64,000 bases of DNA, from the NCBI GenBank assembly GCA_963724485.1, contig CAVRUW010000009.1, positions 198,999-262,998 of the forward strand, read 5' to 3'. Below are positions 47,047-56,510 of this stretch, piece after piece; position 1 is the stretch's first letter; each line of letters starts with the position of its first letter. The notes below the pieces were generated by a model, which saw only the letters and a list, made by a program, of their open reading frames with translations, was not told the DNA's origin and did not search any database. This DNA comes from an uncultured Acidobacteriota bacterium. GTDB taxonomy: Bacteria; Acidobacteriota; Vicinamibacteria; Vicinamibacterales; UBA2999. The position numbers and the translations under genes are program-made.

Positions 47047-49002
47047 CTACTCCAGGCTGAAAGCGACGAGCTCGGCGTTGAGTCCGCCACCAATGGCAAT
47101 CACCACGAATTGGCGGCCCTGATAGAGATACGTCATTGGGGCGTGAGCCGGCGACAGCGGCATCTCGTGCTCCCACACAATGGCACCGGTCCGTTTGTCG
47201 AGCGCCCGGATCTTGGGGGTCTCGCGCGGCAACGGCTTGCTCAACGGACGACCCTGAAAGGGCTCTGCCGCTTCACCGCCGCGAAGGCCCTCGCCGCCGT
47301 GCGTGTGAAACAGCAGCGTGCGCGTCACGATTGTATATCCGCGCGCGTCGACACCCAGTGGCGGGAGCTTGAGATGCTCGATCAACGGATGATTGCGCGG
47401 GCCATCGCCGGTTGCCGTCATCCACGCAATCGTGCCGGCATTGAGATCGTAGGCGGTGATGCGACTGTATGGGCCCTTCCAAATCGGCAATCCGTCGATG
47501 GTCGGCAATGATTGCACCCCGCCCCGCCGATAACGAAAGTTGCTCTTCGCTGAATCGGGCTCGACCAGTTGGACGACGATCGGACTGCGATACGACGGCA
47601 CATACAACAGGCCGGTTTCAGGGTCGAAGGCGGCGCCGCCGAAATTGGCGCCGCCCGCCCATCCCGGCATTTGCACGGCGCCTCGAAGCGACGGGGGTGT
47701 GAACAACGGGCCGTAATCGAACCGCTTGAGCAGTTCGAGCGCTTGCGAGCGTAGCTCCGGCGTGTAGTCGATCAAGTCGTCTTCGCCGAAGCCCTGCGAT
47801 TCAAAGGGTGGCGGTTTGGTTGGAAATGGCTGCGTGGCGGATAGCCGTTCACCCGGCACCGTTGAAGGTGGCACCTTGCGCTCCTCGATAGGCCACACCG
47901 GCGTGCCAGTACGGCGGTCGAAGACATATGCAAAGCCTTGCTTGCTGACCTGTATGGCGGCACGGATTCGTTTCCCACTCACCGTGATATCAGCCAACGT
48001 CGGCGCAGCCGGAAAGTCGTAGTCCCAGACACCGTGATGCACGCCTTGAAAATGCCAGACGCGCTTACCGGTGCGCGCGTCGAGCACGACCAGGCTCTCG
48101 GCAAACAGGTTGTCACCCGGTCGATGTCCGCCGTAGAAATCGTTCGTCGGCGTGCCAAACGGCAAATACACATAGCCGAGATCTTCGTCGGCGCTCATGT
48201 ACGTCCAGACGTTGGTGTTCCCCGTGTACTCCCACGATCCGTCTTCCCAGGTGTTGTGGCCGAACTCGTCCGGGCGCGGAATGGAATGAAACGTCCACAG
48301 TCGCTTGCCGGTCACCACATCGAAACCGCTGATATCGCCCTTGGGCGCCTCCTTCCTCATTGGTCCATCGCTGATGCTCGCTCCGACCACGAGCACGTTG
48401 CGACAGATCACCGGTGCGGAGGTCACCGCGTAGTTGGTTGCCCGCGTGACGTGGCTGAGGCCGTCGACGAGGTCGATTCGTCCACCCTGGCCAAAGCCTG
48501 GGTCGAGCTTTCCGGTTGTGGCATCAATCGCCAGCAGATAGGCGTCGCCCGTGCCCATGAACAGCCGCTCGCGACTGCCGTCGGTCCAGTAAGCAAGTCC
48601 GCGATGCACAAAGCCAAGATTGGTGGGCCGTCCCGCCTTCCAGCTTTCAGGATCGAAGGACCACCGCAAGGCTCCACTACCTGGATCCAGAGCGGCCACC
48701 TGTCCGAGCGAGGTCACGGTGTAGAGCAGACCGTTCGCCATGATCGGAGTGTCCTGGTAGGCACCGGGCCTGGACAACGGATTGGCGCTGACGATGGCGT
48801 TGTCCGGAGAGATCCACCGCCACGCGATCCTGAGTTTGCCGACGTTGTCCTTGGTGATTTGATCCAGCGGCGAGTACTTCTGGCTCAAAGCGTTGCCGGC
48901 GTAGTGGCGCCACTCTCCGGGCGTGCCAGAAGGATTGTTCTGTCCTTGTATGTCGAAGGTGACCAAAACGGCGAGGGTCAGAGCGAGCCTGTGTGGTCGC
49001 AT
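47047..49002 (-). CDS. PQQ-dependent dehydrogenase (8-bladed propeller quinoprotein)
   Basis: ORF trimmed to the ATG at 49002 (MRPHRLALTLAVLV). EWRHYAGNALSQKYSPLDQITKDNVGKLRIAWRW and repeated W-motif blades are present. Confidence 0.85.
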   Translation of the reverse strand: MRPHRLALTLAVLVTFDIQGQNNPSGTPGEWRHYAGNALSQKYSPLDQITKDNVGKLRIAWRWISPDNAIVSANPLSRPGAYQDTPIMANGLLYTVTSLGQVAALDPGSGALRWSFDPESWKAGRPTNLGFVHRGLAYWTDGSRERLFMGTGDAYLLAIDATTGKLDPGFGQGGRIDLVDGLSHVTRATNYAVTSAPVICRNVLVVGASISDGPMRKEAPKGDISGFDVVTGKRLWTFHSIPRPDEFGHNTWEDGSWEYTGNTNVWTYMSADEDLGYVYLPFGTPTNDFYGGHRPGDNLFAESLVVLDARTGKRVWHFQGVHHGVWDYDFPAAPTLADITVSGKRIRAAIQVSKQGFAYVFDRRTGTPVWPIEERKVPPSTVPGERLSATQPFPTKPPPFESQGFGEDDLIDYTPELRSQALELLKRFDYGPLFTPPSLRGAVQMPGWAGGANFGGAAFDPETGLLYVPSYRSPIVVQLVEPDSAKSNFRYRRGGVQSLPTIDGLPIWKGPYSRITAYDLNAGTIAWMTATGDGPRNHPLIEHLKLPPLGVDARGYTIVTRTLLFHTHGGEGLRGGEAAEPFQGRPLSKPLPRETPKIRALDKRTGAIVWEHEMPLSPAHAPMTYLYQGRQFVVIAIGGGLNAELVAFSLE

Positions 49003-49090
49003 GGCGTCCCTTCTACGCGCGCATCCTACATCACCGCGGTAAGTTACACTCTCGCGCGACTGGCCGCGGCGCCAGTATGAGGGCCTATCG

Positions 49091-49594
49091 ATGCGAACAC
49101 GCACCTTTCTGATCTCTGTGTCCCTGTGTCTCTGTGGCCTGTATGCGATCGCCGGCGCACAATCGAAGGCCAACGACTCCGAGGTGCAAAAGCGCTTTGT
49201 CGGCCACTGGCGCCTCGTCAAGTTCGAGAATTTTGACGAGAAAGGGGGCGCCCGGCTCGCTGCATACGACGGCGGCCGAATCATGTATGACACCGGCGGG
49301 AACATGTCGGCACAGCTGATGCGCTCGGAGCGGAAGCCGCTGGCGACACCGTCAACCGAGCCCGAGAGAGCTGCCGCCTATGCCACATACACGGCGTACT
49401 ACGGCAAGTACACGATCGATCCCGCGCTCGGGAAAGTGACGCACCACGTGGAAGGCGCGCTCAATCACAGCTGGGTCAAGACCGACCTCGTGCGGTACTA
49501 CGCGTTCGCGCCAGATGGCAACCAGCTGATGCTGTCGATCAAGAACGCAGAAGGTCGCGTCACCGGGACGCTCACCTGGGAGCGACTGCGCTGA
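49091..49594 (+). CDS. exported lipocalin-like domain protein
   Basis: FVGHWRLVKFENFDEKGG...GRIMYDTGGNMS resembles the lipocalin-like domain. The signal-peptide codons are repeat-derived. Confidence 0.55.
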   Translation: MRTRTFLISVSLCLCGLYAIAGAQSKANDSEVQKRFVGHWRLVKFENFDEKGGARLAAYDGGRIMYDTGGNMSAQLMRSERKPLATPSTEPERAAAYATYTAYYGKYTIDPALGKVTHHVEGALNHSWVKTDLVRYYAFAPDGNQLMLSIKNAEGRVTGTLTWERLR

Positions 49595-49615
49595 CGAAGC
49601 GGTGTCTAACGTGAC

Positions 49616-50143
49616 ATGCCCAACGAGCTCGACGACCTGAGAGAGCACCTCGATCGCTATCGCGCGGTCACGCTGCAGCACTTCGACCTGTTGTCAGATC
49701 AGGATCTCTCCTGGCGCCCGCGGCCCGATGCCTTTTCATGCGCGCAGCAGTTGCTGCACATCCTGCAGAACGAAGACTTCTACGTTCGTGGTCTGTCGAT
49801 AAACGAGTGGGACATCGAGCGCCTTCGGTTCCCTCGGCCGCTCCCATCGAAAGCCGCGCTGCGGCGGATGTTCGATGAGGTTCGACAGACGACTCACAGC
49901 TATCTCGACACGCTGACCGCCGACAGTCTCAACGAGATGCGTCGACCGGGACACGCACCCATCGATGCCACCGTACGAACATGGCTGTGGTTCGTGCTGG
50001 AGCATGAGATCCATCACAAGGCACAACTCGCCGAGTATCTCCGCGCGTTGGGACACGTGCCACCGTACTTCGGCATGCCACTGCCGCTCGGCACGCGGCC
50101 CGATATTGCTGCGCGAGAGAACCTTGGAGGGGTCGGCCAGTGA
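49616..50143 (+). CDS. DinB-family protein
   Basis: Four-helix-bundle His motifs (QQLLHILQNEDFY, LEHEIHHKAQL). Confidence 0.7.
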   Translation: MPNELDDLREHLDRYRAVTLQHFDLLSDQDLSWRPRPDAFSCAQQLLHILQNEDFYVRGLSINEWDIERLRFPRPLPSKAALRRMFDEVRQTTHSYLDTLTADSLNEMRRPGHAPIDATVRTWLWFVLEHEIHHKAQLAEYLRALGHVPPYFGMPLPLGTRPDIAARENLGGVGQ

Positions 50144-50153
50144 CCGGTGGCCG

Positions 50154-50242
50154 GTGTCAGTTGTCAGTTGCCAGTTGTCAGTTCAAAGGCAACCGAGTGC
50201 TTCTCTGAACTGGGAACTGGTAACTGATAACTGGAAACTGAC
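50154..50242. repeat. CAGTTGY-family word-repeat hairpin between convergent genes
   Basis: The left arm gtgtcagttgtcagttgccagttgtcagttcaaagg pairs with the right arm ctctgaactgggaactggtaactgataactggaaactgac. Confidence 0.85.
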
Positions 50243-50250
50243 GGCGCTAC

Positions 50251-51393
50251 CTATCGGCTTTTTGCTTTTCCGTAGGCTTTCGACTGCTGCCCGACGATCT
50301 CGACGAGGTTGCCGATCGCGAGATGGACGTCGATCAAGTGCAGGCCCCAGCTTGGTACGACCTTGCCGTTGGTGACGACGTCGCCACCGATCTCGTCGGT
50401 TCGAGGGTCGTGTGGATCTTCGTTGACCGTCACTTCGAGGTACGACCCCTGGTCGTTCGAGACGCACTGAGCCGTCAGCAATCGCGGAAGGCTGACGAAC
50501 GGTGTGTTCACTGCTTGCGGCGGCGTCACCCACTCGCGGCCGGCGGCGCTCAAGTGCGCCTTCAGCTGACCCTTTCCGCCGGCTAATGCCGCGGGATTCG
50601 TGCACGCCGCCTCCATGCCTTCGCCCTGCACCTTGCCAAATCGCGAATCGGCAGGAGGTGGAGTCGTTGAGCGGAACGACACGTATGAGATCACGCAGCC
50701 CGTCTGATCCGACGCACGGCAGAGCGGAATGCTCTTGAACGCTCCGCCCACGTCCTTGCCCTTGGGCACGGCGACATTGGAGCCGGCGAGGATGGCAGAC
50801 ACGATCTGTGACTGAATCGGCTTGCCCTCAATCTCTCGTCGGATCAGTTCAGCAAGCACGCCCGACCCTTGCGAGTGGCCAATCAGCACGATGCCCCGGC
50901 CCTGGTTGTCGTTCTTGAGGTAGTGGGTCCAGGCGTTGAGTACGTCGCTGTAAGCGAGCGGGCGGTCGTTCGCGATCGGCTTGCCGGCAGTCGCTGCGCG
51001 GAGTGACGTCAGCGTGATCTGCCGGTACAGAGGCGCGTAGAGCCGGCACGTTGCAGCAAACCGGGCGAACTGCGCACGAATGACGTTGCGCTCCTCCGCC
51101 CCTGCCGTCATGTCGCTATTGCCCGTCGCATCGAGCGAGACGGTTGGATAGACGTAGAAGCAATCGATTGGCGGACTCGAGTGAGCGGCAAACGCTTCTC
51201 TGGTGAATCGCCCATCTTCGGTGACGACCGTGGTCGTCTGATCGACGGCGCACGCATCTTGCGCGGCGGACAGGCCGGGACGGCAGAGCCACGACTCGGG
51301 CTTGCCGTAGTCGTTTGGCGGCGCGGTCGTCTGCGCGGAGACACTTGCCGCCAGAGCGAACGCGATGGGCAGAGCGGTTGCGAGTGTTCTCAT
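50251..51393 (-). CDS. exported DUF3089-like alpha/beta-hydrolase
   Basis: ORF trimmed to the ATG at 51393 (MRTLATALPIAFALAASVSAQ). Motifs WLCRPG, DCFYVYPTVS and GHSQGS. Confidence 0.7.
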   Translation of the reverse strand: MRTLATALPIAFALAASVSAQTTAPPNDYGKPESWLCRPGLSAAQDACAVDQTTTVVTEDGRFTREAFAAHSSPPIDCFYVYPTVSLDATGNSDMTAGAEERNVIRAQFARFAATCRLYAPLYRQITLTSLRAATAGKPIANDRPLAYSDVLNAWTHYLKNDNQGRGIVLIGHSQGSGVLAELIRREIEGKPIQSQIVSAILAGSNVAVPKGKDVGGAFKSIPLCRASDQTGCVISYVSFRSTTPPPADSRFGKVQGEGMEAACTNPAALAGGKGQLKAHLSAAGREWVTPPQAVNTPFVSLPRLLTAQCVSNDQGSYLEVTVNEDPHDPRTDEIGGDVVTNGKVVPSWGLHLIDVHLAIGNLVEIVGQQSKAYGKAKSR

Positions 51394-52559
51394 TTCTTTT
51401 TCGCCAGGTACGCTTTCGACTGTTTGCTCACGATATCCAGAAGATTTCCCATCGTCAGGTTGACGTCGATCAGGTGCAGCCCCCAATTCGCCTGCGGCTT
51501 CCCGGCCATCCCGAGATCGCCGGGGATATCGTCGGCGCGTGGGTCGGCTGGATCCCCGTTCACCGTGATCTTGAGGAAGTGTCCGTTCTCGTTGGTGGCG
51601 CACTCGGCGGTCAAGAGGCCGGGCACGCTGACAAACGGCGTATCAATCGCCGCGCCCGTGCTGACCCACTGGTGTTTCTGTGGTGCGCCGCTCGCGATCA
51701 GGGTGCCCACGCCGGTCAGGTACGAGTGCAAGGGAGCGCTCCCGCCGGCGAGTGCCGCCGGGTTGGTGCAAATCGCCTCCATCCCTTCACCAGGAACGCG
51801 ACCGAAGAGCGTGTTTGCCGGCGGCTGGATGGTCGAGCGGAACGACGCGAAGGAGATGACGCAGCCGGTTTGCTCGGCCGATTTGCAGGTCGGTATGGTT
51901 TTGAAGGCACCGCCGACTCCCTTGCCCTTCGCTGCAGCGACGCTCGCTCCCATCAGAATCGCGGAGATGACTCGCGGCTGCGCGGGAGAGCCCTCGATCT
52001 CGCGAGCGATGAGGCCGGTCAGCACGTACGAACCTTGCGAGTGGCCAATCAGGACAACGCCACGACCGTTGTTGTCATTTTTCAGGTAGTAGTTCCAGGC
52101 GTCCTTGACGTCGTCGTAGCCGACGCCCTGATCGAGCGACACCGTTCCCCCCGCAAGGGCGGCCCGGAGTCCCGTGAGTGAGACCTGGCGATAAAGGGGC
52201 GCGTATGGGCGGCACTGCGAAGCAAAGCGCGCGAACTGCTGACGGATCACGTTGCGCTCTTCGTTGCCCGCGGCCATATCGCTGTTGGGCGTCGGGTCAG
52301 CCGACACGGTCGGGTAGACGTAGAAGCAGTCAATGGGCGCCTTCGGATTGCCGGTCCACGTCTCTTTCGTCAGCGTCCCATCCGCCGCGACGACGGTCGT
52401 CGTCAAGTCGATGGCGCAGGCATCGTCTGTGCGTCCGGGGCGGCACAGCCAGTTCTCTGCCTTGCTGTAGTCGTTTTTCTCTGGTGGCGCTTGCGCGAAA
52501 GTGGTGCCGCCGAAGGTCGTCGCAATCAAGCTCGCCGCTATCAAAAAGTGCCGCACCAT
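51390..52559 (-). CDS. exported DUF3089-like alpha/beta-hydrolase (tandem paralog)
   Basis: ATG at 52559 (MVRHFLIAASLIATTFGGTTFAQA), with the same motif set. Its stop overlaps the downstream start (ATGA). Confidence 0.7.
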   Translation of the reverse strand: MVRHFLIAASLIATTFGGTTFAQAPPEKNDYSKAENWLCRPGRTDDACAIDLTTTVVAADGTLTKETWTGNPKAPIDCFYVYPTVSADPTPNSDMAAGNEERNVIRQQFARFASQCRPYAPLYRQVSLTGLRAALAGGTVSLDQGVGYDDVKDAWNYYLKNDNNGRGVVLIGHSQGSYVLTGLIAREIEGSPAQPRVISAILMGASVAAAKGKGVGGAFKTIPTCKSAEQTGCVISFASFRSTIQPPANTLFGRVPGEGMEAICTNPAALAGGSAPLHSYLTGVGTLIASGAPQKHQWVSTGAAIDTPFVSVPGLLTAECATNENGHFLKITVNGDPADPRADDIPGDLGMAGKPQANWGLHLIDVNLTMGNLLDIVSKQSKAYLAKKK

Positions 52560-52579
52560 CGGGATTTCCTTTCGACTGG

Positions 52580-52672
52580 GAGTTGCAAGTTCCACAGTTC
52601 CAAGTTACAAGTTCAGTTTGCCAGTTGCGCAGCGCACGCGGTTTGTAACTTGAAACTTGTAACTTGTAACTA
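52580..52672. repeat. CAAGTTAC-family word-repeat hairpin
   Basis: The left arm gagttgcaagttccacagttccaagttacaagttcag pairs with the right arm gtttgtaacttgaaacttgtaacttgtaacta. Confidence 0.85.
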
Positions 52673-52687
52673 TCCCCACCACTCACT

Positions 52688-53509
52688 CTAGTGGGTCATT
52701 GAATAAAGAACGACGTTGATCCCCACCGCATAACCATCGATCGCGAAGTGATAGAAGTAATTGGGATCATCGCCTTCGCGCTCCCAGGAATCGCCGACGT
52801 CGGTGTTATGCGTCATCAGCACCATCATGCGACCGCCTTCGTCGAATATCGCGCGCGCCGTGGGCGTTGCACTATCGGCGCCGCGCTCTGATGTATCACC
52901 ACCGCTGCCCATCCAATAGTTGATCGATGGTATCTGCGGGACCTTCTGCACCACGAAGTGCGTGCGGAAGAGTGGATGATCAAGCGGCAGTTCAACGATT
53001 GGATATTGCCCTGACGGGAAGACGCGTCGGATCTGGTTCTCCCACGACTGCCAGGCATAGCTTCCCCAGAAGTCATCAGCCCAGAGAAATCCGCCCTTCA
53101 ACAGATACGCCCGCAGTTTTTCGACTTCCTCATCATCGAAGTAAGTTGCCCCCACTTCGGTCATCATCACGAACGGGCACTGAAACAGCGCTTCGTCCGT
53201 GAGCCGTACGACGAGGTGATTCGGATCGCGATTGGTGTCGAAGCTGACGGGTGTGCGCGTGAGCTCGGACAATCGAATCGATAGATTGACGTCGGCCTGC
53301 GGATAGTCGACGCCCCAGCCTCCGCCGTCGCCGCGTCCGCTGCGATAGGCGGCGCGGCAGAAATGAAAGGCGCCATCGGAGTCGGTGACTTCCGCCATCC
53401 GTACCGATGACGTGAACCGGCCACGGCGTTGCGCTTCGCCGTCGGATACGCCGGCGAGCAGCGCCACTAGTATCAATCCCGGAATAGCACGGGAGGCCGA
53501 CACAGGCAC
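52688..53509 (-). CDS. exported DUF4159-like protein
   Basis: It has a signal peptide. FHFCRAAYRSGRGDGGGWGVDYPQADVNLSIRLSELTRTPV resembles DUF4159 (from memory). Confidence 0.55.
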   Translation of the reverse strand: MPVSASRAIPGLILVALLAGVSDGEAQRRGRFTSSVRMAEVTDSDGAFHFCRAAYRSGRGDGGGWGVDYPQADVNLSIRLSELTRTPVSFDTNRDPNHLVVRLTDEALFQCPFVMMTEVGATYFDDEEVEKLRAYLLKGGFLWADDFWGSYAWQSWENQIRRVFPSGQYPIVELPLDHPLFRTHFVVQKVPQIPSINYWMGSGGDTSERGADSATPTARAIFDEGGRMMVLMTHNTDVGDSWEREGDDPNYFYHFAIDGYAVGINVVLYSMTH

Positions 53510-53532
53510 AGTCTATTCCGGTTTGCGGTTAG

Positions 53533-54042
53533 GTGGCCGGTCGCCAGTCGGCCCGCGGCGCGAGTGCTTCTGTCCGATCCGGACCGACTACACTCCTCAC
53601 GGTGGCTGACGACTCGACGGCGCGGACACTCAGGGCTTTGCTTCTGCTCCTGACGGGCGGCGGGACGCTTGCCGTTTGCACCGATCTGCTGCTGCTCGGT
53701 CACTACAAGGACTCCAATCAGCTCATCCCTCTGACCGTCGCGGCCGCCGGCCTGCTCAGCATCGCCTGGGTCGCCACAGCGCCGCGTCCTGGCTCGCTGC
53801 GAACCTTCCAGTTTGTGATGTTGTGCTTCATTGGCACCGGCCTCATTGGCGTCACTCTGCACAGCAAAGGCGGCATCACAGCCCAGCGCGAAGTCGATCC
53901 GTCACTCGAGGGGCGAAATCTGTTCTGGAAAGTGGTGGCTGCCCCCGACCCACCCGTCCTGTCGCCGGGCATCATGGTGCAGCTGGGCCTCCTTGGGCTC
54001 GCCTATACGTATCGCCACCCGGGGCTGCGGGAGCGGGACTAG
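53533..54042 (+). CDS. hypothetical membrane protein (about 4 TM segments)
   Basis: Hydrophobic segments: ALLLLLTGGGTLAVCTDLLLL, LIPLTVAAAGLLSIAWV, FVMLCFIGTGLIGV, MVQLGLLGLAY. GTG start, which is uncertain. Confidence 0.5.
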   Translation: MAGRQSARGASASVRSGPTTLLTVADDSTARTLRALLLLLTGGGTLAVCTDLLLLGHYKDSNQLIPLTVAAAGLLSIAWVATAPRPGSLRTFQFVMLCFIGTGLIGVTLHSKGGITAQREVDPSLEGRNLFWKVVAAPDPPVLSPGIMVQLGLLGLAYTYRHPGLRERD

Positions 54043-54047
54043 ACCCA

Positions 54048-54134
54048 CAGTTTCCAGTTACCAGTTACCAGTTCAAAGGGGGTTGCGAGTTAGCCTGAAC
54101 GTCTCTTTGAACTGACAACTGGCAACTGACAAAC
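54048..54134. repeat. CAGTTAC-family word-repeat hairpin
   Basis: The left arm cagtttccagttaccagttaccagttcaaagg pairs with the right arm ctctttgaactgacaactggcaactgacaaac. Confidence 0.85.
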
Positions 54135-54269
54135 GCTTCCGCCTATGCCCTTTGCAGATGGTACGCATCGACATTCGAGTTGCCGTGGCGTAAAGTCGCC
54201 CTGCTGAGCGTTTTCTCGCGCTCGACGCGTTGACGCGGCGCGGCTGCTTAGGCTATACGGAGGCTTCTC

Positions 54270-56453
54270 ATGAACTCGCGGCCCGCCCCTCCCGCTCAAC
54301 GTGTCTCGCGACGCCGGTTCCTGCGCGACGCGACGGTCGGCGCGGGTTCGGTGGCCGCTGCGTCCAGCGCCCTCGAGGCGAAGCAGGCCACACGCCAGAG
54401 CAGGGCCGCCGGTGCCCTCGACCGGACGGCCAGAACCACTACGCCACCCGCCGCCCTCGACATTCGAATTCCCGATGAGCTGACCTCAGGATCCAACGCC
54501 GCCGCGAGCGAGATCCAATTCCCCATGACCGGCGCGCAGGTCTTTGCCCGGGCATGCAAGGAAGAAGGCGTGGCCGCGCTGTTTTGTTGCCCCGGCAACT
54601 ATGGCGTCATCCATGCAATCGCGAGCGCGGGGATTCCGACCTACTCGGGAAGGCACGAAGGCGCAATGACCCACGCGGCGGACGCGTTCATTCGCGTGAC
54701 CGGCGAGATTGCGGTGGCCTCCGGGACCGAAGGGCCGGGGTTCACCGACATGATTTGCGGCATCGCCTGTGCGAACGCCGCCCGCACGCCATTGCTCGTC
54801 GTCGCCAGCAACATGGCGCTGTTCCAGGAAGATACCGAGGCCGGCATCCAGCTCGCCTATCAGCAGCCCACCACGGTCGGGATGAAGAAGTACGGCAAGC
54901 GGTTGGTCACCCCCGGCCGTGTGCACGAGTACGCCGCGTATGCCTTCCGGCAGTTGCGAAGCGGCGTGCCGGGACCTGTGCATCTCGACTTTCCTGCTGA
55001 AGTCGCCTCTGCGCGATTCAAGGACGCCAGCGAGCTGTCCTATTACTTCGAGAAAGGCAAATACCGCACGGAGAGCTGGCCGCACCCGTCGCCCAAGCAA
55101 ATTGACGCCGCGGTCGCAATGCTCAAGGCCGCCGAGCGGCCGATCATCGTCTCCAGCAATGGTGTCTTCTATCGCCGCGGATGGGACGCACTGAAGCGTC
55201 TCGCCGAGAAGGCTCAGATTCCGGTCGTCGAATCGGGGGCGATGAAGGGGCAGTTCTCCGACGCGCACCCGCTCAGCGCGAACACGGCTCCAACCGCGCT
55301 CGCCAGCGCGGATGTCGTGGTGCTCGTTGGACAGCACTGCATGCCGACGGTCGGCGAGTTCGCGTTCGGCCCCGACGCCCGCTACATCCGCATCGATCAG
55401 TCGCATGAAGACATCGGTCGCAACCTGCCCATCGAGCTTGGCATCGTGAGTTGCGAGAAGGCAGCGCTCGAAGCATTGGCCGATGCGATGCCAGCAACGC
55501 GGCATGACGCATGGGTGGCGGAAATTGCAGCCGCGCGGGACAAGTTCGAGGCGCAAAACGACGAGTACTACAAGATCGGCGCGAGTTATACCGACGCGCT
55601 TCATCCGGCCGTGATCGCGAAGGAGCTATCGGATTTCTTGTATCGCGGCAGCATTCCTCGCGAACAGGTGACAATCGCGTCCGGCGGCTACGGGATTGCG
55701 CGCTACACGCGGCGCTGGCTGCGGGGCTATCGGCCCGGGCAGATCATGAATGGCGCTTATCAGTACGGCGCCATCGGACCCGATGTGGGCTACTCGTTAG
55801 GTGTGGCCGCCGCGGTTCATCACGGCATCGGACCTCAGGCGGCCGCCAAGGGCAGTCCCATTGTCTGCATTACAGGGGACGCAGGCTTCGGATACACGGC
55901 CATGGAGATGGAAACGCTGAGCAAATACCGTCTCCCGGTGATTGTGCTGGTTTACAACAACAATGCGTGGGGCACCTGGACGACGGCCCGGGAGGCCAAG
56001 GCGCTGCCATTGCATCTTTTCCAGGAGAACGTCCGATACGACAAGGTGGGCGAGGCCTTGGGCGCCCACGGAGAATACGTCACCAAACCGGGGGATTTCC
56101 GGCCCGCTCTCGAACGGGCCTGGCAAGTTGCCATCAAGGAAAGCCGCCCGTCGGTGATTAACTGTCAGGGCAAGAAGGAGTTTTGGCTTCGCGACCAGTA
56201 CCCGCCGGGGATGCTTGGCAAGATCGAGCCCGGGTGCATGTCGGTACTACCACTAGGGGCTGCCACGTTGCGGCCGCACGGTCCACGGTCCCACGGTCGC
56301 ACGGATCGAACGGTGGCTCCCGGGAGTCCTACCGTAGACCGTAGGCCCGAATTGGAGACCGGGGACCGGAGACGATGCGACGGCGCGAAGCCGCCGTCGC
56401 GAACAATGCGGCGCGCGCCTCGCCGCTGCTGGCTGATGTGCAGACGTTCGTAG
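54270..56453 (+). CDS. Tat-signal thiamine-diphosphate enzyme (acetolactate-synthase/pyruvate-oxidase superfamily)
   Basis: [26 protein letters not shown] is a twin-arginine signal. The catalytic Glu motif is GRHEGAM and the ThDP motif is [33 protein letters not shown]. The last 70 or so codons read through a repeat element. Confidence 0.8.
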   Translation: MNSRPAPPAQRVSRRRFLRDATVGAGSVAAASSALEAKQATRQSRAAGALDRTARTTTPPAALDIRIPDELTSGSNAAASEIQFPMTGAQVFARACKEEGVAALFCCPGNYGVIHAIASAGIPTYSGRHEGAMTHAADAFIRVTGEIAVASGTEGPGFTDMICGIACANAARTPLLVVASNMALFQEDTEAGIQLAYQQPTTVGMKKYGKRLVTPGRVHEYAAYAFRQLRSGVPGPVHLDFPAEVASARFKDASELSYYFEKGKYRTESWPHPSPKQIDAAVAMLKAAERPIIVSSNGVFYRRGWDALKRLAEKAQIPVVESGAMKGQFSDAHPLSANTAPTALASADVVVLVGQHCMPTVGEFAFGPDARYIRIDQSHEDIGRNLPIELGIVSCEKAALEALADAMPATRHDAWVAEIAAARDKFEAQNDEYYKIGASYTDALHPAVIAKELSDFLYRGSIPREQVTIASGGYGIARYTRRWLRGYRPGQIMNGAYQYGAIGPDVGYSLGVAAAVHHGIGPQAAAKGSPIVCITGDAGFGYTAMEMETLSKYRLPVIVLVYNNNAWGTWTTAREAKALPLHLFQENVRYDKVGEALGAHGEYVTKPGDFRPALERAWQVAIKESRPSVINCQGKKEFWLRDQYPPGMLGKIEPGCMSVLPLGAATLRPHGPRSHGRTDRTVAPGSPTVDRRPELETGDRRRCDGAKPPSRTMRRAPRRCWLMCRRS
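56277..56373. repeat. CACGGTC word-repeat region (weaker hairpin)
   Basis: gcacggtccacggtcccacggtcgcacgg has partially complementary ctaccgtagaccgtagg and ggagaccggggaccggagac downstream. It lies inside the 3' end of the ThDP ORF. Confidence 0.5.
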
Positions 56454-56510
56454 AGGTGATTCGCGTCGATGGGGGGCCCCGACGCGCGGACTCAGCGCGG
56501 TGGGGTGCAG

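Noticed and set aside
54230-54259. Sigma70-like promoter TTGACG-17/18 nt-TATACG upstream of the ThDP gene.
   Set aside because: The -10 match is weak, and it would place the TSS on top of the GGAGG SD. It cannot be supported without TSS data.
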